DNA from: a virus
Taxonomy: Duplodnaviria > Caudoviricetes
Direction: 5' to 3' (one strand)
DNA length: 63,032 nt
IMG/VR virus record: IMGVR_UViG_3300017766_001347
Location: 1 to 63,032 of that record
In this document: positions 1 to 10,399 of the stretch, in pieces
Numbering within the stretch: position 1 is the first letter of the stretch
How the letters are laid out: every line of letters begins with the position of its first letter
Made by a program: the position numbers and the translations under genes
The notes under the pieces: model-generated
What the model was told of the DNA's origin: nothing
What the model saw: only the letters and a program-made list of their open reading frames with translations
Database searches by the model: none

Positions 1-191
1 CCATGAAAGTCTCTTCTGGCACTACTATTGGTGTTGCTGGTCATACTTGGTTTGTTTTGTTTTTCCGAAACAACACCGATGCCCAAATTGGAGTGTATAA
101 ATTTACTGGAACTACTACGGCGGGTGCCATACAAACTGCGGTTGGTATGACAGTGAGTGTAATATATCTCGTTGCTTGCAGAATTGCGTAA
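1..191 (+). CDS. 3' end of an upstream gene, probably a virion structural protein (truncated by window edge)
   Basis: Open frame from the window start to TAA at 189-191; Gly/Thr-rich; lies just before gp13. Confidence 0.5.
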   Translation, partial: MKVSSGTTIGVAGHTWFVLFFRNNTDAQIGVYKFTGTTTAGAIQTAVGMTVSVIYLVACRIA

Positions 192-224
192 ATTAGACCA
201 CTATAAAGTGGCTCCTGCACTAGT

Positions 225-231
225 CTAAATA
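225..231 (+). promoter_or_regulatory. T4-type late promoter-like motif (CTAAATA)
   Basis: Variant of TATAAATA, followed by SD AAGGAG and the gp13 ATG; the same motif recurs before many late genes. Confidence 0.6.
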
Positions 232-248
232 CTTGAAAAGGAGACTGC

Positions 249-1004
249 ATGGCAACCCCGTATTCACGAAATGAACTGAAAGAGTACTGCCTCCGAGCAT
301 TGGGTCAGCCTGTGATTGAGGTCAATGTGGAAGACTCACAGGTGGAAGATCGCATTGACGAGGCATTACAGTACTTTGCCCGCTGGCACCATGACGGCGG
401 TGGCAAGATGTACTACACATACGAACTCACGGCAGAAGACATTTCGCGCAAGTGGATAGACACGAATCCGATTGATCCCCGCATCATCACCATCAACCGG
501 ATATTTCAGACCGGGTTCAACATCTCCACGCACAACATCTTCAATATCCGCTATCAGTTGGCACTGAATGACTTTTACGGGCTGCGTACCGGGCAGACAA
601 ACCTCAACTACTATGTGTCCACCATGCAGTACATTGAAATGTTACAGCAACTGCTTGATCCAGAAAAGCAGATTCGCTTTAATCGGGTGAATAATCGCCT
701 ATACATTGATGCCACCACCAGTGACATGGTTGAGGGATCGTACCTGATGATTGAGGCGTATACGGTGTTCAATCCCGAAACCGTCACGGAGATATACAAC
801 GACCACTTCTTGAAAAAGTACACCACTGCTCTCATCAAGCGGCAATGGGGGGTGAATCTTTCCAAGTACGAAGGAATGCCTCTGCCGGGAAATGTCACAT
901 TCAACGGTGGCAAGATTTATCAGGAATCAGTTGAGGAAATTGCTAAACTTGAGGAAGATGTGCAATCGAAGTATCAGTTGCCTCCGGACTTCATCACAGG
1001 ATAA
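249..1004 (+). CDS. gp13: neck protein gp13
   Basis: LKEYCLRALG.PVIEVNV...RIDEALQYF and KRQWG.NLSKY..LPG motifs; T4 synteny 13-14-15-16-17. Confidence 0.93.
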   Translation: MATPYSRNELKEYCLRALGQPVIEVNVEDSQVEDRIDEALQYFARWHHDGGGKMYYTYELTAEDISRKWIDTNPIDPRIITINRIFQTGFNISTHNIFNIRYQLALNDFYGLRTGQTNLNYYVSTMQYIEMLQQLLDPEKQIRFNRVNNRLYIDATTSDMVEGSYLMIEAYTVFNPETVTEIYNDHFLKKYTTALIKRQWGVNLSKYEGMPLPGNVTFNGGKIYQESVEEIAKLEEDVQSKYQLPPDFITG

Positions 1005-1007
1005 AGC

Positions 1008-1898
1008 ATGGCAGTAAACCCGTATTTTCGCCGGAATGTTCAGGGAGAGCAGAACCTCCTAGAATCGCTGACCACCGAAGCCATCAAGATTCACGGTCAC
1101 GAAATGGTGTACATTCCACGGGAAACAGTGAAGGACGACAAGATTTTCGGAGAAGAGGTGTCGCGGTTCAAGGACGCAAACCGAATTGAGATGTACATGG
1201 AGAACGCCGAAGGATTTGACGGCGAAAGCGACATGACTCGTTTCGGTCTGGACATTCGGGAGAACTGCACTTTCGTAGTGTCCAAACGGCGATTCTTGGA
1301 AGTCATGGGGCACAATCTGTCTATTCGTGATCTTGGTCGCCCCCGTGAAGGCGATCTGATCTATTTTGACTATCCGTACAACATATTTGAGATCAAGTAT
1401 GTGGAACACGACAATCCGTTCTACCCATTGGGTCAGCGGTACTCTTTCAAACTGTACTGTGAATCCTTCAAGTACACGCAGGAAGAGATCGACACAGGCG
1501 AAACCGACATGGATGCTATTGTTACCGCAGTTGCCACCTACAAGAAACGCATCACGCTTGGTAGCGGAAGCGGAACCTATACAAAGGGAGAGCAGGTGTA
1601 CGCAGGAACCGAATCTGATCCACACGCCACGGGTTATGTGGATTCGTATACAGTCACCAATGACGATCCGCCCGTCAAGTATCTCACGGTCAATGTGGCA
1701 AAAGGCAAGTTTGAGGTTGGAGACACCGTTATTGGCAAGACCAGCGGTGCTTCCTACACGGCAAGTGCCATCACCGATACCGATGTCCGCACAACGAATG
1801 CAGACATACAAGACAACGAAGCCCTTGATCTTGAAGCCAATCGTGATGACATATTCGACTTTACCGAAAACGATCCGTTTAGTGAGGGGCTGTACTGA
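1008..1898 (+). CDS. gp14: neck/head completion protein gp14
   Basis: NPYF...EQNLLE, RPREGDLIY, FEIKYVEH..PFY, C-terminal DFTENDPF. Confidence 0.93.
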   Translation: MAVNPYFRRNVQGEQNLLESLTTEAIKIHGHEMVYIPRETVKDDKIFGEEVSRFKDANRIEMYMENAEGFDGESDMTRFGLDIRENCTFVVSKRRFLEVMGHNLSIRDLGRPREGDLIYFDYPYNIFEIKYVEHDNPFYPLGQRYSFKLYCESFKYTQEEIDTGETDMDAIVTAVATYKKRITLGSGSGTYTKGEQVYAGTESDPHATGYVDSYTVTNDDPPVKYLTVNVAKGKFEVGDTVIGKTSGASYTASAITDTDVRTTNADIQDNEALDLEANRDDIFDFTENDPFSEGLY

Positions 1899-2770
1899 TG
1901 TTTACGCAGTTCTACAACGGCTCCATTCGCAAGATGGTGGTGGCATTTGGTTCCATATTCAATCAAATCACCATATCCCGTCAGGAAGCAAGCGGAACGA
2001 AGTACATTGAAATTCCCATTGCCTATGCTCCAAAGGAAAAGTACAAGGTGCGTTTGGCAGGAGATCCGTATCTCGCCAATCCCATGCAGATCACGCTTCC
2101 ACGAATAGCGTTTGAGATAACGGGATTTGCTTATGATCCAACGCGCAAGCGCAACAGCATGCAGCGGAACATTGTCCGGGACACGCAGACCGCTGCCATG
2201 AAGTACACATTTGCAGAGGTGCCGTACAATATTGATTTTGGTCTGTACATCTATGTGCGAAACATGGACGATGGATTGCAGATTGTAGAGCAGATACTGC
2301 CGTACTTTGCCCCGGAGTTTGTGGCAACCATGAATTTCGATGAAGTGAATCGCAAGGTGGATGTCCCGATTTACCTCAACTCGGTGACATCGGAAGAGGA
2401 CTACGAGGGCGATTTTCAGACTCGCCGCTCCATCATCTTCACCCTGAACTTTACCATGAAGTCTTACATCTTTGGTCCTGTGAAGAGTTACAGCGAAATC
2501 CGAAAGGTTGTTCCCCGCTTCTTGGACATGTCGTACTACGACAGCGGATACACTGCCGGATACACGGGATCAGGAGCCACTGCTGCGGATCTGGTAAAGA
2601 TTTTCGTAGGTATCTCCGGCCCAAGTGGAGCAAGTTCGGACAAGTACAACTACGATCCGTATGCGAAGATTTACGAGTATCAGAGCGGAAGCACCCTCGC
2701 ACAAGGTGTCACCGTGAACTGGTTTGATTCTTCCGGGATAACATATAGCATGGGATCATTCTATGGTTGA
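1898..2770 (+). CDS. gp15: tail sheath stabiliser/terminator gp15
   Basis: IRK.VVAFGSIFN, IPIAYAPKEK, TLPRIAFE, VPYN, QIVEQILPYF.P. Confidence 0.93.
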   Translation: MFTQFYNGSIRKMVVAFGSIFNQITISRQEASGTKYIEIPIAYAPKEKYKVRLAGDPYLANPMQITLPRIAFEITGFAYDPTRKRNSMQRNIVRDTQTAAMKYTFAEVPYNIDFGLYIYVRNMDDGLQIVEQILPYFAPEFVATMNFDEVNRKVDVPIYLNSVTSEEDYEGDFQTRRSIIFTLNFTMKSYIFGPVKSYSEIRKVVPRFLDMSYYDSGYTAGYTGSGATAADLVKIFVGISGPSGASSDKYNYDPYAKIYEYQSGSTLAQGVTVNWFDSSGITYSMGSFYG

Positions 2771-3257
2771 TGGATTTTCAAACATTGAAACCGCACTAGG
2801 CATAACACCACAGCAAACTGAAGGTTCTCTGCTGAAGTCAGAATCCGATCAGAGGATGCCTATTGTGAAGATACCGTCCGTTCCCCTCACGGACGAGGGC
2901 TTGGAAAAAGACCTGAAGCATGACTACGATACCGTTCGCGGAAATCTGCGGGAACTTGTTGACGCAGGAAAGAACGCACTGGACGGTGTGCTGGCTGTGG
3001 CACAGGAGGGCGATTCCCCCCGTGCATATGAAGTAGTGGCGCAGATGATTAAGACCCTTTCCGAAACAAATCGTGATTTGCTCAGTCTGCACGATCAAAT
3101 GAAAGCAATTCGGAAAACAGAGTCAAACAAAACCACGAACAACACTACAAATAATGCCATCTATGTTGGTTCAACCCGAGAATTGCAGGACATCATCAAC
3201 AGTGCCCGATCCACGCGAAAGGCATTTGTTGAACAGCCACCCGAAGAATCCGCATAA
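2763..3257 (+). CDS. gp16: terminase small subunit gp16
   Basis: DY...R.NL, SPRAYEV, NNAIYVGST.ELQ motifs. Confidence 0.92.
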   Translation: MVDGFSNIETALGITPQQTEGSLLKSESDQRMPIVKIPSVPLTDEGLEKDLKHDYDTVRGNLRELVDAGKNALDGVLAVAQEGDSPRAYEVVAQMIKTLSETNRDLLSLHDQMKAIRKTESNKTTNNTTNNAIYVGSTRELQDIINSARSTRKAFVEQPPEESA

Positions 3258-3276
3258 ATAGGCGTGGAGGTGCGCC

Positions 3277-3627
3277 GTGATTCTATTTGAAATAGCGTGG
3301 ATTGCTTTCTTGTTGTGGATTCTGTACGGCACATCAGCCGTCTACGAGTACATCCGGCTTGTTCCGTTTGTGGACAGGTGGACGCGAATCACATCATACG
3401 AGCAGTTCAAGAAAAACGATCCTGAATTAAGATACAGCGATTTTATGCTTTCTATGCGTCCGACTTTTCTTGTCCGGTTGTTTTCGTGTCCGTTTTGTTT
3501 TGGTTTTTGGCTGACTGCCGGAACATGTTTGTTTTTTGGAAACCCTGTCGGTATTCCAGTGGTGTATGGTGGTGGGGTCTTGGGATATTGTCTGTTCAAA
3601 AAACTCATGGGTTGGATCAATGGGTGA
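3277..3627 (+). CDS. hypothetical membrane protein with CPFC motif (DUF1360-like)
   Basis: GTG start after SD GGAGG; hydrophobic segments; LFSCPFCFGFW. Confidence 0.65.
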   Translation: MILFEIAWIAFLLWILYGTSAVYEYIRLVPFVDRWTRITSYEQFKKNDPELRYSDFMLSMRPTFLVRLFSCPFCFGFWLTAGTCLFFGNPVGIPVVYGGGVLGYCLFKKLMGWING

Positions 3628-3937
3628 ACTAGTATTCGAATCTCCGATTGAGTTGTTGAAACACCTGTATGCAGGAGAAGACTCTCGTACAGGAATATGC
3701 CGTGCCCCGAGTGCTTTGTTTGGATGGTACAGCCGAGCAAAACGGGTGTACGATTCCTCCCTGTGCGGATCGTGCAAAGGCAAGGTAACGCGAGAACAGG
3801 TGGAACAGGAATACAGACAAATACTCAACTACACACCGGACGAACAGAAAAAGGCAGTGCTTGCTGTTGGTGGAAACTTTGCCTTGAAAATGAACGGAGA
3901 GGTTTTGGGAAAGGTGGAGTTCCATGAACAAGAGTGA
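3620..3937 (+). CDS. hypothetical protein with Cys-rich motif (LCGSCKG)
   Basis: ATG at 3620 overlaps previous gene end; stop overlaps the gp17 start. Confidence 0.6.
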   Translation: MGELVFESPIELLKHLYAGEDSRTGICRAPSALFGWYSRAKRVYDSSLCGSCKGKVTREQVEQEYRQILNYTPDEQKKAVLAVGGNFALKMNGEVLGKVEFHEQE

Positions 3938-5570
3938 AAGTTATCTGGGAAACTCCAACCTGAAGGCAGCGGGTGTAAACATCAATTTCACCCCCAAGCA
4001 GATCGAAGAGTATGTGAAATGCTCCCAAGATCCTCTGTATTTCATCAAGAACTATGTGAAGATCGTATCATTGGACAAGGGCTTGGTTCCGTTTGAGCCT
4101 TACGACTTTCAGGAAGACATCGTAAACAAGATACACACCAACCGATTCGTGATTGCCAAACTGCCCCGTCAGAGCGGTAAATCCACCACGGTTGTTGCAT
4201 CACTGCTCCACTATATCCTGTTCAATCAGAACATGAGCGTTGCAATTCTCGCAAACAAACTCGCAACAGCCCGTGAACTGCTTGGTCGCCTGAAACTTGC
4301 CTATGAGTATTTGCCCCTATGGTTGCAGCAGGGTGTCGTTGAGTGGAACAAAGGATCAATCGTTCTAGAGAACGGCTCCAAGGTTCTTGCTGCTGCCACA
4401 TCGTCCTCTGCTGTTCGTGGTGGATCGTTCAACTGCATCATGTTGGACGAGTTTGCGTATGTTCCGCAGAATGTGGCAGAAGAGTTCTTCTCGTCCGTGT
4501 ATCCCACCATCACTAGCGGCAAGGAAACCAAGGTAATCATTGTATCAACCCCCAAGGGATTGAACATGTTCTATCGCCTGTGGGTGAATGCCAACAAGCG
4601 ACCGGGCGAGGAAGGCAAGAACGAGTATGTGCCTATTGAGGTGCATTGGAGCGATGTTCCCGGTCGTGACGAGAAATGGAAACAACAGACCATCTCCAAT
4701 ACATCCGAGGAGCAGTTTCGCACGGAGTTTGAGTGCGAATTCCTTGGATCGGTTCACACGCTCGTACACCCCGAAAAACTGAAGTGCATGGTGTACCGAA
4801 CACCGGAGTTCTCCAACGGAGAGGGGTTGCGGGTCTATGCTCGTCCTTTGCCGGAACACAAGTATGTGATCGTGGTGGACACCTCCCGTGGAGTGGGGCA
4901 GGACTACCATGCTTTTTCCGTGATTGATGTTTCACAGATGCCGTATCGTGTTGCTGCTACATTCCGAAACAACGAACTACCGCCCATGTTGTACCCTAAT
5001 GCGATTTATCCCATAGCACGGCAGTACAATAATGCGTATGTGCTTGTGGAGATAAACGACATCGGGCAACAGGTGGCAGACATTCTGCATGACGAATTGG
5101 AATACGATAACATCATTTATGTGCAGATGCAGGGGCGAAAGGGACAGATTGTGAACGGTGGATTCGGGCGAGGTGGTTCATCCATGAAAGGAGTAAAAAC
5201 CTCTACTGCGGTGAAGCGAATCGGCTGCTCAATTCTCAAAAATCTATTGGAGGACTCTAAACTCATAGTAGAGGACTTTAATGTGGTGGACGAATTGTGT
5301 TCTTTTGTGGCAAAGGGAGACTCCTTTGAGGCAGAGGAAAACCACCATGATGACTTGGTTATGACCCTTGTGCTGTTTGGGTGGCTCACCACACAGGCAT
5401 ATTTTAAAGACATCACGGGCAGCGACATCCGCCGTGACCTCTATGAAGACCAAATGAAAAATCTAGAGGAGGAAATGACCCCCTTCGGTTTCATAGACGA
5501 CGGGGGAGAAAATCCGTCTTTTACGGACAATACAGGGACAGTTTGGAACTGGGGCAACGATCCACAGTGA
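3924..5570 (+). CDS. gp17: terminase large subunit gp17
   Basis: YLGN.NLK, Walker A PRQSGKST, Walker B LDEFA, nuclease VDTSRG and HDDLVM. Confidence 0.97.
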   Translation: MNKSESYLGNSNLKAAGVNINFTPKQIEEYVKCSQDPLYFIKNYVKIVSLDKGLVPFEPYDFQEDIVNKIHTNRFVIAKLPRQSGKSTTVVASLLHYILFNQNMSVAILANKLATARELLGRLKLAYEYLPLWLQQGVVEWNKGSIVLENGSKVLAAATSSSAVRGGSFNCIMLDEFAYVPQNVAEEFFSSVYPTITSGKETKVIIVSTPKGLNMFYRLWVNANKRPGEEGKNEYVPIEVHWSDVPGRDEKWKQQTISNTSEEQFRTEFECEFLGSVHTLVHPEKLKCMVYRTPEFSNGEGLRVYARPLPEHKYVIVVDTSRGVGQDYHAFSVIDVSQMPYRVAATFRNNELPPMLYPNAIYPIARQYNNAYVLVEINDIGQQVADILHDELEYDNIIYVQMQGRKGQIVNGGFGRGGSSMKGVKTSTAVKRIGCSILKNLLEDSKLIVEDFNVVDELCSFVAKGDSFEAEENHHDDLVMTLVLFGWLTTQAYFKDITGSDIRRDLYEDQMKNLEEEMTPFGFIDDGGENPSFTDNTGTVWNWGNDPQ

Positions 5571-5654
5571 GGCACACAGAAAAATCCAAATAATACATAG
5601 AAGTAGAAGTAATGACACCCAACCCTGTGCTTCACAGACGAAGGAGACACCACA

Positions 5655-7691
5655 ATGGGATTCAGAGTTAGCCCCGGCGTAAGCATCAAAGAAATCGACT
5701 TGACCACAATTGTTCCCGCTGTTGCCACCACTCCCGGTGGTTACGCCGGATATTTTTATTGGGGTCCTTGCAAGCAGATCGTAACCGTTGCCAACGAAAC
5801 CGAACTGGCTGCGATCTTTGGAAAGCCTGATTCCACCAACTATGTGGACTTCTTCACCCCCGCCAACTTCTTGCAGTACGGCAACAGCATGCAAGTGGTT
5901 CGCGTGGTTGGATCTGCTGCAACCAACTCTGCTGCCAGCATAGCGGCAGCAACTGGTGGTCTAGACATCAACAACGAAGACGAGTACGATGCTCCTTCTG
6001 CTGCTGTTACTACGGCTATGGCAGCAGGAACGGTTTTTGCCGGAAAGTTCCCCGGTGCGCTTGGAAACAGCCTTCGCGTTGTCGTGATCAGTGGTTCGGG
6101 TGTAACCACATACGGCGGTGCAACTCTGGCAAACGCGGTCAGTTTCGGAGAAACTGGACTGACTTTCTGTGTCAAGAACGATGCAGAAACGTATCACTTT
6201 GCTGTGGGTGACGAAATTCGCTTTGCTGACGGAACCAGCGTTCTTGTTTCAACTGTTCAGAGAAACTTGGCAGGAAACACTTCTCAGTTTGTTGATGTAA
6301 CGCCGTCAAATCAAGAGTTTCAAGGTGTCTGTTCAGAAGCAACAGGATTCATCAAGATTAATTTTCAGAATCCCATCACCAAAGCACAGGTGGCTGGATC
6401 CACTTTTGAACACAAGAGCGTATACACCAAGTATGTGAACACGATTGCAACAACCACCAGTTACGCAGACAGCGTTGGTGGAGCAGGCGATCTCATCAGC
6501 GTACTGGTGTTTGATAGTGACGGCAAGTGGACAGGAACAGCAAATACGCTGCTTGAGAAGTTTGAGGGTGTTTCCCGTGCGAAAGACGCAAGAAACGGTG
6601 ACGGATCAGGTAACTACTACAAGGATGTGATCCGTGAACGGTCAAACTACATTTACGCCATTCAGCGTGATCTTGCAAACAACACCGACAATCAGTTGTC
6701 CACCAAGACCAACTGGACTACACTGAACGCCATCAGCGGTGCCCGGTTGATGGGGCAGAACATTGTTTCTCTGCCTCTTGGAAACGGAGCAAACAGCACA
6801 CCAAACGACAGCGAACGGTGGACTGATGGCTGGAGTTATTTTGCCGATCCGGATCAGATTGATGTGTCTCTGCTTCCACTTGGAAACGCATCTGCAACTT
6901 TGGCAAAACTCGTAGTCAACAACATCTGCGAAAAGCGTCTTGACTGCATGGCGTTTGCTTCTCCTGCATCAAGCGATGTCGTAAATGCTCTGCCATACGA
7001 AGCCTTGAACAAAATCAAGACTTTCCGCGACAGCACTTTCAACATCAATTCGTCCTATGCAGTGCTTGACAGCGGTTGGAAGTTCCAGTTGGACACCTAC
7101 AACAATGTCCTCCGCACCATGCCGCTCAACGCAGACATTGCAGGTCTTGTTGCTCGTACAGAGTTCACCAACGAGGCTTGGTTCTCGCCTGCGGGATTCA
7201 ACCGTGGGCAGATCAAGAGCGTTGTGAAGTTGGCGTACAACCCCACTTCCGAGGCTCACCGCGACGAACTGTACACCCGTCAGGTCAACCCTGTGGTGTC
7301 GTTCCCCGGCGAAGGCGTGATCCTGTTCGGTGACAAGACCGCACAGACCAAGCCATCGGCATTCGACCGCATCAATGTTCGTCGTCTGTTCATCATTCTT
7401 GAGAAGGCAATTGCAACTGCGTCCAAGTTCTTCCTGTTCGAACAGAACGATGGATTTACTCGCGCTCAGTTCAAGAATCTGATTGTTCCGTTCCTCAAGA
7501 CGGTTCAGCAGCGGCGAGGCATCACCGACTTCAAGGTGGTGTGCGACGAAACCAACAACACTGGCGAGGTGATCGACCGCAACGAGTTTGTTGCCGATAT
7601 CTTCGTCAAGCCCACTCGCAGCATCAACTTCATTCAGTTGAACTTTATTGCCACCAAGACTGGCGTTAATTTTAGCGAAGTTGGCGGTTGA
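5655..7691 (+). CDS. gp18: tail sheath protein gp18
   Basis: SPGVSIKEIDLT, WFSPAGFNRG, SAFDRINVRRLF, KPTRSINFIQLNF. Confidence 0.97.
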   Translation: MGFRVSPGVSIKEIDLTTIVPAVATTPGGYAGYFYWGPCKQIVTVANETELAAIFGKPDSTNYVDFFTPANFLQYGNSMQVVRVVGSAATNSAASIAAATGGLDINNEDEYDAPSAAVTTAMAAGTVFAGKFPGALGNSLRVVVISGSGVTTYGGATLANAVSFGETGLTFCVKNDAETYHFAVGDEIRFADGTSVLVSTVQRNLAGNTSQFVDVTPSNQEFQGVCSEATGFIKINFQNPITKAQVAGSTFEHKSVYTKYVNTIATTTSYADSVGGAGDLISVLVFDSDGKWTGTANTLLEKFEGVSRAKDARNGDGSGNYYKDVIRERSNYIYAIQRDLANNTDNQLSTKTNWTTLNAISGARLMGQNIVSLPLGNGANSTPNDSERWTDGWSYFADPDQIDVSLLPLGNASATLAKLVVNNICEKRLDCMAFASPASSDVVNALPYEALNKIKTFRDSTFNINSSYAVLDSGWKFQLDTYNNVLRTMPLNADIAGLVARTEFTNEAWFSPAGFNRGQIKSVVKLAYNPTSEAHRDELYTRQVNPVVSFPGEGVILFGDKTAQTKPSAFDRINVRRLFIILEKAIATASKFFLFEQNDGFTRAQFKNLIVPFLKTVQQRRGITDFKVVCDETNNTGEVIDRNEFVADIFVKPTRSINFIQLNFIATKTGVNFSEVGG

Positions 7692-7728
7692 TCGTATAGA
7701 TATTCGGGTTAACAAAAGGAGCAATTAA

Positions 7729-8343
7729 ATGCCAGTAGATCCAACCAACAATATTTCAGGATTTGTGAATGCCTTCTCTGGTGGAGGTATCCGCACAAAC
7801 CTGTTCGTGGTCAATGGCACCATTCCCGGTTATTCGAACAACCGAGCCATTTCGTTCTTGTGTAAGGCTGCACAGATCCCTGCCTCGTCCCTTGGAACCA
7901 TTGAGGTTCCATACCGTGGTCGCCGCATCAAACTTCCGGGTGACCGCACATTCCAAGACTGGCAGTTGACGGTTATTTCAGATGCCAATCTTGCACTTCG
8001 TTCGGCTTTTGAAAACTGGAGCGCAATCTTCAATTCTCACACCTCCAATGTTGCTCCCCGCAACTTCATGGAGTTCATGCCTACATGGTCGGTCACCCAA
8101 CTGCACCGCGATGGAGAAGCACTGCGAACCTATAGTTTCGTTGGATGCTTCCCCTCGGAAGTAGGAACCATTGATCTGTCGTATGAAAACAACGATCAGA
8201 TTGCCGAGTTCCCTGTCACCATCAACTACTCTTGGTGGGAGGCTGCTCCCGGCTCTGCAATTCCTGCAATTGGAAGTGGTTCTGGCATCAACCTGAACGG
8301 ACTACTACAGAATCTCGGAATCAACATCGGTATCGGATTCTAA
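7729..8343 (+). CDS. gp19: tail tube protein gp19
   Basis: GG.RTNLF, FLCKAAQIPAS, VPYRGR.IKLPGDRTF..W, FPSEVG.IDLSY. Confidence 0.96.
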   Translation: MPVDPTNNISGFVNAFSGGGIRTNLFVVNGTIPGYSNNRAISFLCKAAQIPASSLGTIEVPYRGRRIKLPGDRTFQDWQLTVISDANLALRSAFENWSAIFNSHTSNVAPRNFMEFMPTWSVTQLHRDGEALRTYSFVGCFPSEVGTIDLSYENNDQIAEFPVTINYSWWEAAPGSAIPAIGSGSGINLNGLLQNLGINIGIGF

Positions 8344-8368
8344 CTTACTCTGAAAGGGTATCTACATT

Positions 8369-10066
8369 ATGGCAATCAACCTGTTCGGGTTTAGCATCGG
8401 GAAAAAAGACGGCAAAGAAACGGCTTCTGCTGAGGATATCCTCAAGAAGCCTGTTTCATTTGTCCCTCCGGATTACGATGACGGAGCAACACCGATTGAG
8501 GTGGGTGGTTACTTTGGAGCGTATGTTGATTTTGACGGTTCGGTAAAGTCTGACATTGAACTCATCTACAAATACCGCGAGATGGCACTCCATCCGGAGT
8601 GCGAGAGCGCAATTGCAGACATCTGCAACGAAAGCATCGTATACAACGATACGCTTGATGCAGTAAAGATTGATGTGTCCGCAGTAAAGCAGTCCAAGGC
8701 AATCAAGGACAAAATAGAGGACGAATTCCATGAAGTCCTGCAACTACTTGATTTCACCAGACGCGGTTACGAGGTATTCAGAAAGTGGTATGTGGACAGC
8801 AGAATTTACTACCACATCATTATTGACGAGAAGAACCGGAAAAAAGGAATCATTGAACTGCGACCGATTGATCCGGTTCGCATACGCAAGGTTCGTAAGA
8901 TAAAGAAAAAGCCACTGGCAGCAGACACCGGAACCGGAGTCACTAACAGAGGCCCGATGGGTATTAGTTTGGTTTCAGATATCGAAGAGTTTTACATCTA
9001 CAGCGAACAAGATCAGTCTTCTTCAACTATGACACTTGACGGGCTGAAGATCAATCCTGACGCAATCTGCTTTGTACACAGCGGTCTGTACGATTCTCGC
9101 CGCAAAAAAATCATCGGTTATCTGCATAAGGCAATCAAGGCACTCAATCAGTTGCGGATGATCGAAGACTCGGTAATCATCTATCGTCTTGCCCGTGCCC
9201 CCGAACGCCGCATATTCTATGTGGATGTCGGAAATCTACCGAAACAGAAAGCAGAAGAATATGTTCGTGGGCTGATGCAGCGGTATCGCAACAAACTCAT
9301 GTACGATCCCAACACGGGAGAGATGAGCGATCAGCGCAAGCACATGTCCATGCTTGAGGATTTCTGGATGCCCCGCCGTGAAGGTGGAAAGGGAACAGAA
9401 GTAAGCACCCTGCAAGGTGGTCAGAATCTCGGAGAGATGGAAGATGTGAAATACTTCCAAAAGAAACTTTTCCAATCTCTGAATGTTCCAACTTCCCGAT
9501 TGGAAGAAAGTACGGGATTCAATATTGGTCGCGCATCTGAAATCAGCCGCGATGAAGTCAAATTCTTCAAATTCGTGGAACGCCTTCGTATGAAGTTCTC
9601 TGAGGTATTCCTGAATCTTCTCCGCACACAGTTGGTGCTGAAGGGTGTGATTCGTGAGGAAGAGTGGAAGGATATTGAACCAAAAATTGCGTTCAGGTTC
9701 AACAAGGATTCCCACTTCAGCGAACTGAAGGAGAGTGAAGTTCTCAAGGACAGGCTGCAAACCGCCCGTGATGCAGAGGATTTTGTAGGCAAGTACTACT
9801 CGCGTGATTTCGTCAGGCGGCATATCCTGAAGCAGACCGCCGAAGATATTGAAGAAATAGACGATGCCATCAAGGAAGAACTTGCTCAGGGCAAGATTGT
9901 TGCTCCGGAGGGCATGCAGACCCCCGTTCCGGCAGAGGGCACACCCGAACAGGTACAGGGTGCTGCCCCGGCAGCGGGTGGAGAAGCACCAACTTCAAAT
10001 ATTACAATCGGTGAAATTGTTGGCGGGGACGAGGATGAAGACGAATTAGGAAACCCGAAAGAGTGA
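8369..10066 (+). CDS. gp20: portal protein gp20
   Basis: YREMALHPE, YLHKAIK.LNQLRMIED, RAPERRIFYVDVGNLP, MLEDFW.PRREGGKGTE. Confidence 0.97.
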   Translation: MAINLFGFSIGKKDGKETASAEDILKKPVSFVPPDYDDGATPIEVGGYFGAYVDFDGSVKSDIELIYKYREMALHPECESAIADICNESIVYNDTLDAVKIDVSAVKQSKAIKDKIEDEFHEVLQLLDFTRRGYEVFRKWYVDSRIYYHIIIDEKNRKKGIIELRPIDPVRIRKVRKIKKKPLAADTGTGVTNRGPMGISLVSDIEEFYIYSEQDQSSSTMTLDGLKINPDAICFVHSGLYDSRRKKIIGYLHKAIKALNQLRMIEDSVIIYRLARAPERRIFYVDVGNLPKQKAEEYVRGLMQRYRNKLMYDPNTGEMSDQRKHMSMLEDFWMPRREGGKGTEVSTLQGGQNLGEMEDVKYFQKKLFQSLNVPTSRLEESTGFNIGRASEISRDEVKFFKFVERLRMKFSEVFLNLLRTQLVLKGVIREEEWKDIEPKIAFRFNKDSHFSELKESEVLKDRLQTARDAEDFVGKYYSRDFVRRHILKQTAEDIEEIDDAIKEELAQGKIVAPEGMQTPVPAEGTPEQVQGAAPAAGGEAPTSNITIGEIVGGDEDEDELGNPKE

Positions 10067-10133
10067 TTTGAAATGACATCTATTTTGCGGAAAATACAGA
10101 GAATCTAAATATAAGGTCTGACAAGGAGAACAC

Positions 10134-10397
10134 ATGGACACGAACAAAAAGATCGTAAAAGCCCTGCTAGAGAAGAACTATGTGGACGCTAAGGAAAGCG
10201 TTTTCAAGTCTCTGTACGCCAAGGCTTCACTCCTGATGGACGAGGAGCGCGTCAAGATTTCTGGTGCCCTGTTTGCTGAAGCAAAGGGAGAAGCAGAGGT
10301 CGAAGAAACCAAGGAAGACGACAAGGCTCCAAAGACCAAAGTTGTTGCAAAGAAGTCTAAAGTCAGCACCGTAGCCGACTCAGATTCACACTACTAA
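10134..10397 (+). CDS. small prohead core protein (gp67/gp68-like position)
   Basis: Small charged ORF between portal and protease; CTAAATA at 10105 and SD AAGGAG. Confidence 0.6.
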   Translation: MDTNKKIVKALLEKNYVDAKESVFKSLYAKASLLMDEERVKISGALFAEAKGEAEVEETKEDDKAPKTKVVAKKSKVSTVADSDSHY

Positions 10398-10399
10398 AC

